Assembly (NCBI GenBank): GCA_024405635.1
Contig: JAKSOL010000002.1
Coordinates: forward strand, 96,001 to 160,000
Source: Salinivirgaceae bacterium
GTDB lineage: Bacteria > Bacteroidota > Bacteroidia > Bacteroidales > SZUA-534
Length of the DNA: 64,000 nucleotides
Direction of reading: 5' to 3'
This document shows positions 9,161 through 19,959 of this stretch, piece by piece; within the stretch, counting starts at the first letter, position 1; the number at the start of each line of letters is the position of its first letter. Below the pieces are notes generated by a model. It was not told the DNA's origin, ran no database searches, and saw nothing but the letters and a program-made list of their open reading frames with translations. A program made the position numbers and the translations under genes.

Positions 9161-12100
9161 ATGGTTACCTTCTTTAAAACACCTGAAAATAAGGTTATTG
9201 CAGTCAAGACAAACGATGCAATCTCGGCTGCCGACATTGAGAAGCTGAACTGGCTTTTCGGGAAATCAGAATGCTTAGGACAAAATGCACCAAGCGGATC
9301 TTATGTAGGTCCTCGCAAGGAGATGATTACCCCTTGGAGTACCAACGCTGTTGAAATTACCCAAAACATGGGCATCAGTGGCATTATCCGCATTGAGGAG
9401 TTTGAGGCCCAAAGCGCTGACAAAAAGCACTTCGACCCTATGTTGAAGTCGTTCTACAATAGCCTTGATCAAAACATATTCACCGTTGACATTAAGCCTC
9501 AGCCTATTGTTCATATCGACGACATTGCCGCTTACAACAAAAAGGAAGGTTTGGCTCTAAAGGAAGAGGAAATTAACTACTTGGAAAGCCTTGCCAAGAA
9601 ACTTGGTCGTCCTCTTACCGATAGCGAGGTATTTGGCTTTTCGCAAGTGAACTCAGAGCACTGCCGCCACAAAATTTTCAACGGTCAATTCATTATTGAT
9701 GGCGAAGAAAAACCTGATACACTATTTAAGCTTATCAAAAAAACTACCACATCAAATCCAAACAATGTGGTATCGGCATACAAAGACAACTGCGCATTTA
9801 TGCAAGGTCATGAGCTTGAGCAATTTGCTCCAGCTAATCAAGAACAATCAGATTTCTTTGAGGTTACTGACTACGAGTCGGTTTACTCACTAAAGGCCGA
9901 AACCCACAACTTCCCAACCACAGTTGAGCCTTTCAACGGTGCAGCTACTGGTTCAGGTGGCGAAATTCGCGACCGTATGGGTGGAGGAAAAGGTAGTATG
10001 CCAATTGCAGGAACCGCTGTTTATATGGCATCGTATCCACGCTTAGATGGCGGCCGCTCGTGGGAAAAAGCAACCGAGCCTCGTCCTTGGTTGTATCAAA
10101 CTCCAGAGCAAATTCTTATTAAGGCATCAAACGGTGCTAGCGACTTTGGTAACAAGTTTGGTCAACCACTTATTTGTGGTAGCTTGCTTACAATGGAGCA
10201 CTTTGAGAATTACAAGAAATTTGGTTTCGATAAAGTGATTATGATGGCGGGTGGCGTTGGCTATGCAAAAAAGAAGGATTGCATCAAGGCCGACCCAGAA
10301 CCAGGCGACAAGGTTGTAATTCTTGGTGGCGACAACTACCGCATCGGTATGGGTGGTGGCGCTGTATCGTCGGTGGCTACTGGCGAGTACAACAACTCAA
10401 TTGAGCTTAACGCTGTTCAACGTTCAAACCCTGAAATGCAACGCCGCGTGTACAATGCCATTCGTGCATTGAGCGAACAAACCGATAACCCAATCATCTC
10501 AATTCACGACCACGGCGCAGGCGGTCACCTTAACTGCTTGTCGGAGTTGGTTGAAGCAACTGGTGGTGTTATCGATATTCGCAAGTTGCCTATTGGTGAC
10601 CCAACACTATCGGCTAAAGAGATTGTGGGCAACGAGAGCCAAGAACGTATGGGTCTTGTGCTTAAAGATCAAGACATTGAACATTTGAAAAAAATTGCCG
10701 ACCGCGAGCGTGCTCCAATGTACGTAGTGGGCGAGGCTACTGGTGATATGCAATTCCGCTTTGTTGACAAACAAGCATCGGAAAACCCAATCGACCTTCA
10801 GCTTGCCGACATGTTTGGTAATCCTCCTCGTACCATAATGAAAGACAGTACTGTAGCTGAAAACTATAGCGAACTAAAATATGATTCAGCAAAAGTGGCT
10901 GAATATCTTGAACAAGTGCTTCAACTTGAATCGGTTGCCTGCAAAGACTGGTTAACCAACAAAGTTGACCGCTCGGTAACTGGTAAGGTTGCTACCCAAC
11001 AATGCGCTGGCTACCTACACTTGCCACTTAACGACTGCGGTGTAGTTGCACTTGACTATCAAGGTAAATATGGTGTAGCAACATCAGTTGGCCACGCACC
11101 AGTTTGCGCTATGATTGATCCAGCTAAAGGCTCGCGCATAGCAGTGGCCGAATCGTTGACCAACATTGTTTGGGCTCCAATTCAAGATAAACTAAAAGGC
11201 GTATCGTTGAGCGCCAACTGGATGTGGCCCTGCTTTAATCCTGGCGAAGATGCTCGTTTGTACAAGGCTGTTGAGGCATTGAGCCAATTCTGCATCAAGT
11301 TGGGCATCAACGTTCCAACTGGTAAGGATTCATTGTCAATGACTCAGAAATATCCTAACGGCGACAAAGTGCTATCACCAGGAACTGTAATAGTATCGGC
11401 AGCTGGCGAGGTTACAAATATTCGTAAAACAGTATCGCCTGTTTTGCATAACGTTAAGTCGCAGTTGCTTTACATCGACATGTCGAAAGATGCCCTTAAA
11501 CTAGGAGGCTCGGCATTTGCACAAGTAATAAATGGTGTTGGTACCGATTGCCCAGATATTACAGATGTTGACTACTTTGCAAAGGCATTCAATACCGTTC
11601 AGTCGCTTATTGAAGAAGGTCTAGTGATTGCAGGTCACGACGTTTCGGCTGGTGGTTTGGTTACAACATTGCTTGAAATGGCGTTCTCGAACGACGAGGT
11701 GGGCATCAACGCAAACCTTGAATCGTTTGGCGAAAAAGATGCTGCAAAACTTTTGTTTGCCGAAAATCCAGCACTTGTACTTCAAGTTGCCGACGATAGT
11801 AAAGTCGCATCAATGCTTTCGGCCTCAGACATCGAGTTCAAAACCATTGGTACACTAGGCACTAAAGGACAACTTAACATTGCTACCGGTAGCAACAACT
11901 ACTCATTTGATATTAAGAAGTTGCGCGATGTTTGGTTCAAAACTTCGTATTTGCTCGATTGCAACCAAACACAAAACGGTTTGGCTCTTGAACGTTTCAA
12001 TAACTACAAGAACCACACTCACAAGTTTAACTTCAACAACTTCGATGGTTCAGCAAAATCGCTTGGCATCGACCTTAAACGTCGCACAAAAAGTGGCGTA

Positions 12101-12850
12101 AAGGCTGCTATTATTCGCGAAAAAGGTAACCAATGCGACCGCGAAGTTGCTTACATGCTTTACACCGCAGGATTCGATGTTAAAGACGTGCACATGACCG
12201 ACCTTGTAAGTGGCCGCGAGAATCTTGAAGACGTGAACATGATTGTGTTTGTTGGTGGATTCTCAAACTCCGATGTCCTTGGCTCAGCAAAAGGATGGGC
12301 AGGCGCATTCTTGTTTAGCGAAAAGGCAAAGAAAGCACTTGACAACTTCTACGCTCGTCCCGACACTTTGAGTATGGGTATCTGCAACGGCTGTCAGGTT
12401 ATGGTTGAACTTGGTCTTATCAACATGAATCACGACGAAAAACCTCGCATGTTGCACAACAACTCGCACAAATTTGAGTCAGGCTTTGTTGATGTTGTGA
12501 TTGAGAAAAACAACAGCGTATTCTTTAAGAATATGGAAGGTATGCGACTTGGTGTTTGGGTTGCTCACGGTGAGGGTAAATTCAGTTTCCCTTACGGCGA
12601 GGACAAATACAATATCCCAGTTAAGTACGCTTACGGCACCTACCCAGCCAATCCTAACGGCTCAGCATTCAATGCTGCAGGCATCTGCTCCGACAATGGA
12701 CGTCACTTGGCAATGATGCCACACCCTGAGCGCGCATTGTTCCCATGGCAATGGCCACACTACATTGATGGTCGCGAAATGGAAGATCTTTCACCTTGGG
12801 CGTTGGCAATGCGTAACGCATTTGAGTGGGTTAAGGCAAATAAAAAATAG
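9161..12850 (+). CDS. purL: Phosphoribosylformylglycinamidine synthase (large fused form)
   Basis: NSEHCRHKIFN, KAETHNFPT, IHDHGAGG, GKDSLSM, glutaminase GICNGCQ and MMPHPER. Confidence 0.97.
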   Translation: MVTFFKTPENKVIAVKTNDAISAADIEKLNWLFGKSECLGQNAPSGSYVGPRKEMITPWSTNAVEITQNMGISGIIRIEEFEAQSADKKHFDPMLKSFYNSLDQNIFTVDIKPQPIVHIDDIAAYNKKEGLALKEEEINYLESLAKKLGRPLTDSEVFGFSQVNSEHCRHKIFNGQFIIDGEEKPDTLFKLIKKTTTSNPNNVVSAYKDNCAFMQGHELEQFAPANQEQSDFFEVTDYESVYSLKAETHNFPTTVEPFNGAATGSGGEIRDRMGGGKGSMPIAGTAVYMASYPRLDGGRSWEKATEPRPWLYQTPEQILIKASNGASDFGNKFGQPLICGSLLTMEHFENYKKFGFDKVIMMAGGVGYAKKKDCIKADPEPGDKVVILGGDNYRIGMGGGAVSSVATGEYNNSIELNAVQRSNPEMQRRVYNAIRALSEQTDNPIISIHDHGAGGHLNCLSELVEATGGVIDIRKLPIGDPTLSAKEIVGNESQERMGLVLKDQDIEHLKKIADRERAPMYVVGEATGDMQFRFVDKQASENPIDLQLADMFGNPPRTIMKDSTVAENYSELKYDSAKVAEYLEQVLQLESVACKDWLTNKVDRSVTGKVATQQCAGYLHLPLNDCGVVALDYQGKYGVATSVGHAPVCAMIDPAKGSRIAVAESLTNIVWAPIQDKLKGVSLSANWMWPCFNPGEDARLYKAVEALSQFCIKLGINVPTGKDSLSMTQKYPNGDKVLSPGTVIVSAAGEVTNIRKTVSPVLHNVKSQLLYIDMSKDALKLGGSAFAQVINGVGTDCPDITDVDYFAKAFNTVQSLIEEGLVIAGHDVSAGGLVTTLLEMAFSNDEVGINANLESFGEKDAAKLLFAENPALVLQVADDSKVASMLSASDIEFKTIGTLGTKGQLNIATGSNNYSFDIKKLRDVWFKTSYLLDCNQTQNGLALERFNNYKNHTHKFNFNNFDGSAKSLGIDLKRRTKSGVKAAIIREKGNQCDREVAYMLYTAGFDVKDVHMTDLVSGRENLEDVNMIVFVGGFSNSDVLGSAKGWAGAFLFSEKAKKALDNFYARPDTLSMGICNGCQVMVELGLINMNHDEKPRMLHNNSHKFESGFVDVVIEKNNSVFFKNMEGMRLGVWVAHGEGKFSFPYGEDKYNIPVKYAYGTYPANPNGSAFNAAGICSDNGRHLAMMPHPERALFPWQWPHYIDGREMEDLSPWALAMRNAFEWVKANKK

Positions 12851-12861
12851 ATTATAAATTG

Positions 12862-12895
12862 AAAAAAGGTCGGAGCGAAAGTTTCGACCTTTTTT
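12862..12895 (+). terminator. Intrinsic terminator after purL
   Basis: GGTCGGAGC-GAAA-GTTTCGACC plus T6. Confidence 0.85.
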
Positions 12896-12967
12896 GTTTG
12901 TGCTTGATGAAGGTTCAGTAGAATTGATTTTGTTGTAACTTGCGGACCGCAAAAACAAGAACAAGAA

Positions 12968-14845
12968 ATGTGGATTTTTAGCAAAAAATATACTCCTCGA
13001 TGGATAGTATTACTCATCGATATATCTATTTCAATAGTATCTATAATGCTGGCATACTTGCTGCGTTTTGATTTTGAAATACCTAAAGTTGAAGTTGTAA
13101 AGAGCCTTAATGAGATAGTTATGCTTGTGGTAGGCTTGCGTACACTATCGTTTCTTGTGGCGCGTACATTTTCAGGCATAGTTCGTTACACAGGATTGCA
13201 AGACGTTCAACGCATTGTGATTACATTGTTTAGTGGCACCATGTGTTTTGTTGCTATCAATTTAGTGCGTTTGTGGGGTTTTGGTAAGGCATTCTTTATT
13301 CCAATGTCGATTGTGGTGATGGAGTTTATGTTTACCCTCATTTTTATGCTCGGATTGCGTTGGGTTGTAAAAATGTTTTTGGTTGACTTGCTAGTAGGGC
13401 GAGGAAAAATGAAGAATGTTGTGATTTATGGCACAAACGATGCAGCACTTTCGGCCAAACATGCAATTGAGAGCGATCGCAGTGAACATTATCGTGTTGT
13501 TGCTTTTGTTGATAACATCAGCAAAAAGTCAGATAAACAGATAAACAACGTGCCAATATATCCCATTAGCCAAATAGAAAAGGTAATAGGCGACGAGGAA
13601 ATTGATTATGTGCTTTTGGCTCAATCATTTACTTCAACCGAAGAAAAACAACGAATAATTGACTATTGCTTAAGCAAAGGTGTAACCATACAAAATGTGC
13701 CTAAAGTTGACAAATGGATTAACGGTGAGTTGAGCTCAAAACAAATACGACGCATAAAAATTGAGGATTTGCTTGAGCGCGATCCTATTCAACTCGATTA
13801 TGATCGTATCCAAGCACAAGTGAAGGGTAAAGTGGTTATGGTTACAGGTGCAGCAGGGTCGATAGGCAGCGAAATGGTGCGCCAACTTATAAAGTTTGAA
13901 CCTCAAAAGATTGTGTTGTTCGATCAGGCAGAAACACCAATGTATGAAATTGAAACCGAAATTGCCGATGCCAATCTTCATAGCAATATCAAGATTGTTA
14001 TGGGCGACATAACCGACCAGGTTAGAGTTGAAAAAACAATATCGGAACATTTGCCAGAAATAATCTATCACGCGGCAGCATATAAACACGTTCCAATGAT
14101 GGAAAACAATCCTATTGAGGCAGTGCGCAACAATGTGTTTGGAACAAAACTGCTGGCCGATATGGCTATTAAATATGGAGTTAAACGATTTGTGATGGTT
14201 TCAACCGATAAGGCAGTGAATCCAACAAACGTAATGGGATGCTCAAAACGCATCTGTGAAATATACACCCAATCGTTAAATGCTACGTCTGAAACAAAAT
14301 TCATTACCACACGATTTGGTAATGTTTTGGGCTCAAACGGCTCGGTAATACCACGTTTCAAAAAACAAATTGAAGATGGAGGTCCTATAACTGTTACCCA
14401 TCCAAATATTACCCGTTTCTTTATGACTATACCAGAGGCTTGTCAGTTGGTATTGGAAGCTGGTGCATCGGCTCGAGGTGGGGAAATATTTATTTTTGAT
14501 ATGGGCAAGTCGGTTAAAATTGCCGATTTGGCCGCCAAAATGGTAAAACTATCGGGACTGCAATTGGGTAAGGATATTCAAATTGTGTACACAGGATTAC
14601 GTCCTGGAGAAAAACTATATGAGGAACTATTAGCCGACAAAGAGAACACAATACCAACACCGCATCCGCAAATTATGGTTGCCAAAGTGCGCGAATACGA
14701 CCATAAGGTGGCAGAAGAACAAATTGAAAAATTCCGTGAACCTATAGCAGCACAGGATCATTTTCAAGTTGTGGCGCAAATGAAGGCAATGGTGCCAGAA
14801 TTCCAAAGCAAGAACTCAATATACGAGGCACTAGACCGAAAGTGA
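12968..14845 (+). CDS. Membrane-bound nucleoside-diphosphate sugar 4,6-dehydratase (CapD/WbpM/PglF family)
   Basis: Four N-terminal TMs, IEDLLER, TGAAGSIG, HAAAYKHVP, STDKAVNPTNVMG, RFGNVLGS, GLRPGEKLYEEL. Confidence 0.93.
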   Translation: MWIFSKKYTPRWIVLLIDISISIVSIMLAYLLRFDFEIPKVEVVKSLNEIVMLVVGLRTLSFLVARTFSGIVRYTGLQDVQRIVITLFSGTMCFVAINLVRLWGFGKAFFIPMSIVVMEFMFTLIFMLGLRWVVKMFLVDLLVGRGKMKNVVIYGTNDAALSAKHAIESDRSEHYRVVAFVDNISKKSDKQINNVPIYPISQIEKVIGDEEIDYVLLAQSFTSTEEKQRIIDYCLSKGVTIQNVPKVDKWINGELSSKQIRRIKIEDLLERDPIQLDYDRIQAQVKGKVVMVTGAAGSIGSEMVRQLIKFEPQKIVLFDQAETPMYEIETEIADANLHSNIKIVMGDITDQVRVEKTISEHLPEIIYHAAAYKHVPMMENNPIEAVRNNVFGTKLLADMAIKYGVKRFVMVSTDKAVNPTNVMGCSKRICEIYTQSLNATSETKFITTRFGNVLGSNGSVIPRFKKQIEDGGPITVTHPNITRFFMTIPEACQLVLEAGASARGGEIFIFDMGKSVKIADLAAKMVKLSGLQLGKDIQIVYTGLRPGEKLYEELLADKENTIPTPHPQIMVAKVREYDHKVAEEQIEKFREPIAAQDHFQVVAQMKAMVPEFQSKNSIYEALDRK

Positions 14846-14866
14846 TAATTTAAAATGATTTATTGG

Positions 14867-14902
14867 AAACCGCGAGTCGATAAATGGCTTGCAGTTTTTT
14901 TT
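14867..14902 (+). terminator. Probable intrinsic terminator after the CapD-like gene
   Basis: GCGAGTC...GGCTTGC imperfect stem plus T8. Confidence 0.55.
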
Positions 14903-15201
14903 ATCATTAAAACCGCCATTTTAGAAGAGTGACAAAAGAAATTATATTTTCATGATAATGTTCGAGATGCGGAAAAATATGTATGAATATTATTTTTGGC
15001 CTTATAGTGAGTCGTCTCTGGGTATATAAAGCTATATAGGTCGTATATAGAGCATCTTTGTTGCTTTCAATTTTTTTGTGGTAAGTGAAACAGAAGAGAA
15101 AAGAAGTTCTATAATCAAACTTGAAAAGTCATTTGATTTTGCAGTATAAGATTCGGGAAACTTCTCGGGTATAAAATATTTGCAAGCGTTGCTTTTTTGT
15201 T

Positions 15202-15209
15202 TAACTTTG
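15202..15209 (+). promoter_or_regulatory. -7 box (TAACTTTG) of the rimP-nusA-infB operon
   Basis: TAnnTTTG consensus upstream of the leader hairpin. Confidence 0.6.
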
Positions 15210-15231
15210 CCGCCAGTCGGGAAGAAATTTG

Positions 15232-15256
15232 CAGGGGACAATAAGTCCCCTGTTTT
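15232..15256 (+). promoter_or_regulatory. rimP-leader attenuator hairpin
   Basis: CAGGGGAC-AATAA-GTCCCCTG-TTTT just upstream of rimP; matches the GGG..CCC weak terminator known from rimP-nusA-infB leaders. Confidence 0.75.
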
Positions 15257-15272
15257 ATTACAAACAAGTGCC

Positions 15273-15737
15273 ATGATAGATAAATCACAAATAGAACAAC
15301 TAGTATCGCAAAGAATTGCAGACACCGATTTGTTTTTGGTTGAAGTAAAAGTTGATACCCAAAACAACATAGTTGTTAGTCTTGACTCTCCACAGGGAGT
15401 TGATGTTGAAACTTGCGTGTTTATAACAAAATTTATTGAAGAAAACGTTGATCGCGAGGTTGAAGACTATTCGCTTGAAGTAACATCGCCAGGCATAGGA
15501 CAACCACTAAAAGTGTTGCAACAATACACTAAAGTGATTGATAAAACAGTTGAGGTTCTGTTTTTAGATGGCAAAAAAATAGGAGGAATACTCAAAGATG
15601 CCAATGAACAAGGAATCTTGCTGGAGTTTGTAGCAAAAGAAAAACCGGAAGGCGCAAAACGACCTAAACTAGTTACTAAAACCGAGCCGTTTGCATTCTC
15701 AGAAATAAAATCAGTAATTGAAACCATTATATTTTAG
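15273..15737 (+). CDS. rimP: Ribosome maturation factor RimP
   Basis: DYSLEVTSPGIGQPL motif, upstream of nusA; start set at ATG 15273. Confidence 0.93.
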   Translation: MIDKSQIEQLVSQRIADTDLFLVEVKVDTQNNIVVSLDSPQGVDVETCVFITKFIEENVDREVEDYSLEVTSPGIGQPLKVLQQYTKVIDKTVEVLFLDGKKIGGILKDANEQGILLEFVAKEKPEGAKRPKLVTKTEPFAFSEIKSVIETIIF

Positions 15738-15744
15738 TGTCAAA

Positions 15745-16992
15745 ATGGAAAAACTAAATCTTATCGAGTCGTTCTCTGAACTGAAAGAAGAAAAAAACAT
15801 CGACCGTCCTACAATGATGAAAGTTATTGAGGAGGTTTTCAGAAGTACATTGGTAAAAACCTATGGAACCGACGAGAACTACGACATTATTATTAACGAC
15901 CATCGTTGCGATTTCGAAATATGGCGTCGCCGTCAAGTTGTAAAAGATGGCGAGGTTGTTGATTCAAACCTTCAAATCTCGTTGAGCGATGCAAAGAAAA
16001 TTGAAGACGACTACGAGGTGGGCGAGGAAGTGACAGAAGCTGTGCCTTTTACCGAATTTAGCCGCCGCGATATCTTGTCGTTAGGTCAAAATTTGCGTAA
16101 CCGCATTCTTGAACTTGAAAAGGACCACGTGTATGCTAAATATAAAGACCGCGTAGGTACAATAGTTTCGGCTGAGGTTTATCAAACATTTAAGCGCGAA
16201 GTGCTTCTTCGCGACGACGAAGGTAAAGACCTTGTATTGCCAAAGGCTGATCAAATTCCTGGCGACTTTTTCAAAAAAGGCGATAATGTTCGTGCAGTAG
16301 TTGATCGAGTTGATATGAATAACTCAACACCAACAATTTATCTATCGCGTACTAGCCCAAAATTCCTTGAATGCTTGTTTGAACAAGAAATTCCAGAAAT
16401 AAAAGACGGCTTGATAACAATTAAAAATATTAAGCGTATTCCTGGCGAACGTGCAAAAGTTGCAGTTGAAACTTACGACGACCGTGTTGATCCAGTAGGC
16501 GCTTGCGTTGGTATGAAAGGTGCTCGCATCCACGGAATTGTTCGCGAACTTCGTAACGAAAACATCGACGTTATTAACTATACAAACAACGCCGAAGTGT
16601 TTATTACTCGCGCATTGAGCCCAGCAAGAGTTTCAAAAATTGATCTTGATAAAGAAAATAAACATGCAAATGTTACACTTCAAGCCGATCAAGTGTCGCT
16701 TGCTATTGGTAAAGGTGGTAACAATATTCGTTTGGCAAGTATGCTAACTGGCTATGAAATTGATGTTTATCGCGATAATGGCAACGACAATTCAGAGATG
16801 AACGACGTTGATCTTGAAGAATTTGCAGACGAAATCGATGGATGGGTTATTGATGCTATTAAGGCAATTGGTTGCGATACCGCACTAAGCGTGCTCGAAA
16901 TTCCAATTCCTGACCTTGTTCGCCGTACCGACCTTGAAGAAGAAACAATCAAAGAGGTTGTTAAAATTCTTAAAGAGGAACTTGAGGACTAA
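15745..16992 (+). CDS. nusA: Transcription termination factor NusA
   Basis: LSRTSP, RIPGERAKVAV, DPVGACVG, AIGKGGNNIRLA; start set at ATG 15745. Confidence 0.97.
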   Translation: MEKLNLIESFSELKEEKNIDRPTMMKVIEEVFRSTLVKTYGTDENYDIIINDHRCDFEIWRRRQVVKDGEVVDSNLQISLSDAKKIEDDYEVGEEVTEAVPFTEFSRRDILSLGQNLRNRILELEKDHVYAKYKDRVGTIVSAEVYQTFKREVLLRDDEGKDLVLPKADQIPGDFFKKGDNVRAVVDRVDMNNSTPTIYLSRTSPKFLECLFEQEIPEIKDGLITIKNIKRIPGERAKVAVETYDDRVDPVGACVGMKGARIHGIVRELRNENIDVINYTNNAEVFITRALSPARVSKIDLDKENKHANVTLQADQVSLAIGKGGNNIRLASMLTGYEIDVYRDNGNDNSEMNDVDLEEFADEIDGWVIDAIKAIGCDTALSVLEIPIPDLVRRTDLEEETIKEVVKILKEELED

Positions 16993-17016
16993 TACTAACT
17001 AAAACTTTTTCAGCAA

Positions 17017-19893
17017 ATGTCAGAAACCAATAATTCAATACGTCTAAACAAAGCTGCTACTCAACTTGGTGTAGGAATCAATACTCTTATTGATTTTCTT
17101 ACCAAGAAAAAGCTTGTTGCAGACGCAAATCCAAACATAAAGATAGACGACGAGACTTATAATATTTTACAGAAAGAGTTCAGCTCTGACCAAAAAGTGA
17201 GAGAACAATCAACAAAAGTCGATTTGTCGCACACCAAAAAAGAGTCGATTTCTGCTGAAAAAGAGATTGAAGAGCCTGCTCCTATACCTGAAACTAAACA
17301 AGAAACAAGAGTAGAGGCAAAACCTACTGTTGAGAAAACAAAGGTTGAGCAATTGAAAGGTCCAAAAGTGCTTGGTTCAATCGATTTGAATAAAGGTAAA
17401 AAGAAACCTCAGCCAAAGCCAGAACCAAAGGTTGAGGACAAGAAACCTATGGTTGTCAAACCAACGCCTAAACCTGTGGTTACTAAATCAGCGCCAGTTG
17501 AAAATTCGCCAAAAGTTGAACCAAAACCAATTGAACATCTTGAAACTAAGGTTGAGCAACTTGAGGGTGTTAAAGTACTTGGTACAATTGATTTGAACCA
17601 AATAAACACCAAAACTCGTCCCGATAAAAAAACTAATAAAGAAAAACTTGAGGAGCGCCAAAATCGTGAGGCTCAACGTCAAGCAAATAAAGTGCAAAAA
17701 CAAAAACCAGTTGCTAAAGAACAAATTGAGCAACCTGATTTTATTGAAACACAAAAAGTTCGCCTTCAAGGGCCTAATGTAGTAGGTCGCATCGATTTGC
17801 CTCAAGATCGTAAGGGCACTCCTAGTCCCGACGATACCAAGAAGAAAAAACGTAAACGCATATCAAAAGATAGAATAAACATTAATGCTCCAATTCAACA
17901 AGATGGAGGTGAGCGTGAAGGTGGAAAGCGTCAAGGTAAAAAATCTTCATATAATAAAGGTGGAAACAACTTTACACGTAAGGAGATTAATGAAGAGGAT
18001 GTATCAAAACAAATTAAAGATACTCTTGCACGTTTAACTGCACCAAAAGGCAAGAATAAAGGCGCAGTTCACCGTCGCGAAAAACGTGAAGACGTTAAGC
18101 AACGAGCTCAAGAGGAGCAAGAACGTCAGGATGCAGAAAAAATGATTCTGAAAGTAACCGAGTTCGTGTCTGTTAACGAATTGGCAACTATGATGAAAGT
18201 TGCGGTTACCGAGGTTATTTCAACATGCATGAACCTTGGCTTGTTTGTGGCAATTAACCAACGTCTTGATGCAGAAACAATGGCGCTTGTTGCCGACGAG
18301 TTTGGCTACAAAATGGAGTTTGTAAGTGCCGATGTGCTTGAAGCAATTGCTGAAGAAGCCGATTCGGAAGAAGATTTGCAACCTCGTTCGCCAATTGTTA
18401 CTGTAATGGGTCACGTTGACCACGGTAAAACATCGTTGCTCGACTATATTCGTAAAGCAAATGTTATTGCAGGCGAGGCTGGCGGTATTACACAGCATAT
18501 TGGTGCATATAGCGTTAAATTGCCTGACGGACAAAAAATTACATTCCTTGATACTCCGGGGCACGAGGCTTTCTCGGCTATGCGTGCTCGTGGTGCTCAA
18601 ATTACCGATATTGTGATTGTTGTGGTGGCTGCCGACGACGACATTATGCCACAAACAAAAGAGGCAATTAGTCACGCTCAAGCTGCAGGTGTTCCAATTG
18701 TGTTTGCTATCAATAAAATAGATAAACCAGGAGCTAATCCTGAAAAAATTAAAGAGGGTTTGGCTAATATGAACCTTTTGGTTGAAGATTGGGGCGGTAA
18801 ATATCAATCGCAAGACATCTCGGCTAAAAAAGGTATCAATGTTGAGGAGTTGCTTGAAAAAGTGCTTCTTGAGGCCGAAATGCTTAACCTTCGTGCCAAT
18901 CCAAACAAAAAAGCTATTGGTACTGTTATTGAGTCAACTTTGGATAAAGGACGTGGATACCTTACTACAGTTCTTGTGCAAAATGGTACACTTAAAGTTG
19001 GTGATGCAATTTTGGCAGGAAACTACACAGGACGCGTAAAGGCTATGTTTAACGAACGTAGTGGCAAAATAAACACCGCAGGACCAGCAACTCCTGTTCA
19101 AATTCTTGGTCTTGACGGCGCTCCACAGGCTGGCGATAAGTTTAATGTGATGGATAGTGAGAAAGAGGCTCGCAACGTGGCTAACCGTCGTTTGCAATTG
19201 CAACGCGAGCAAAGTTTGCGTACTCAAACCCACATGACTCTTGCCGAAATTGGTCGTCGCAAGGCTATGGGAAGTTTCCACGAATTGAACATTATGGTTA
19301 AAGCCGACGTTGATGGTTCTTCAGAGGCTCTTTCTGATTCGTTGATAAAACTTTCAACTCCAGAGGTTCAGGTTAACGTTATCTATAAGGCAGTTGGTCA
19401 GATTTCAGAAAGTGATGTAAACTTGGCTTCGGCTTCAGATGCGATTATTGTTGGCTTTAATGTTCGTCCATCGGCCGATGCTCGCAAAGCTGCTGAAAAA
19501 GAGGGCGTTGACATTCATATGTACTCGGTAATTTACGATGCTATTGACGAGGTGAAATCTGCAATGGAAGGTATGTTGTCGCCTGAGGTTAAAGAGGAGA
19601 TTACCGGTTCGGTTGAGGTTCGCGATACTTTCAAAATTTCGGGAGTTGGAACAATTGCTGGTGGTTTTGTTACCGATGGTAAAATTAAACGCACATCAAA
19701 AGTTCGTGTTATTCGTAACGGAGTGGTTGTTTATACTGGAGCGCTTGGTTCGCTTAAACGATACAAAGACGATGCAAAAGATGTTACTGCAGGTCTTGAG
19801 TGCGGATTCAGTATTGAGCGTTACAACGATATTCAAGTTGGCGACGTTGTTGAGGCATTTGATGAGTTTGAGGTTAAACGTAAACTTGAATAA
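17017..19893 (+). CDS. infB: Translation initiation factor IF-2
   Basis: GHVDHGKT, DTPGHEAF, NKID, SLKRYKDD. Confidence 0.98.
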   Translation: MSETNNSIRLNKAATQLGVGINTLIDFLTKKKLVADANPNIKIDDETYNILQKEFSSDQKVREQSTKVDLSHTKKESISAEKEIEEPAPIPETKQETRVEAKPTVEKTKVEQLKGPKVLGSIDLNKGKKKPQPKPEPKVEDKKPMVVKPTPKPVVTKSAPVENSPKVEPKPIEHLETKVEQLEGVKVLGTIDLNQINTKTRPDKKTNKEKLEERQNREAQRQANKVQKQKPVAKEQIEQPDFIETQKVRLQGPNVVGRIDLPQDRKGTPSPDDTKKKKRKRISKDRININAPIQQDGGEREGGKRQGKKSSYNKGGNNFTRKEINEEDVSKQIKDTLARLTAPKGKNKGAVHRREKREDVKQRAQEEQERQDAEKMILKVTEFVSVNELATMMKVAVTEVISTCMNLGLFVAINQRLDAETMALVADEFGYKMEFVSADVLEAIAEEADSEEDLQPRSPIVTVMGHVDHGKTSLLDYIRKANVIAGEAGGITQHIGAYSVKLPDGQKITFLDTPGHEAFSAMRARGAQITDIVIVVVAADDDIMPQTKEAISHAQAAGVPIVFAINKIDKPGANPEKIKEGLANMNLLVEDWGGKYQSQDISAKKGINVEELLEKVLLEAEMLNLRANPNKKAIGTVIESTLDKGRGYLTTVLVQNGTLKVGDAILAGNYTGRVKAMFNERSGKINTAGPATPVQILGLDGAPQAGDKFNVMDSEKEARNVANRRLQLQREQSLRTQTHMTLAEIGRRKAMGSFHELNIMVKADVDGSSEALSDSLIKLSTPEVQVNVIYKAVGQISESDVNLASASDAIIVGFNVRPSADARKAAEKEGVDIHMYSVIYDAIDEVKSAMEGMLSPEVKEEITGSVEVRDTFKISGVGTIAGGFVTDGKIKRTSKVRVIRNGVVVYTGALGSLKRYKDDAKDVTAGLECGFSIERYNDIQVGDVVEAFDEFEVKRKLE

Positions 19894-19907
19894 TATTTTA
19901 ATTCAGC

Positions 19908-19941
19908 AAAAAAGGGGCTGTCCACTTGGACAGCCTTTTTT
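19908..19941 (+). terminator. Intrinsic terminator after infB
   Basis: GGCTGTCC-ACTT-GGACAGCC plus T6. Confidence 0.85.
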
Positions 19942-19959
19942 GTAAATAATTGATAAACA

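Noticed and set aside
15003-15015. TATAGTGAGTCGT, a 13-nt match to the reverse complement of the T7 promoter core
   Set aside because: Flanks deviate from TAATACGACTCACTATAGG, and there is no vector or phage context; treated as coincidence.
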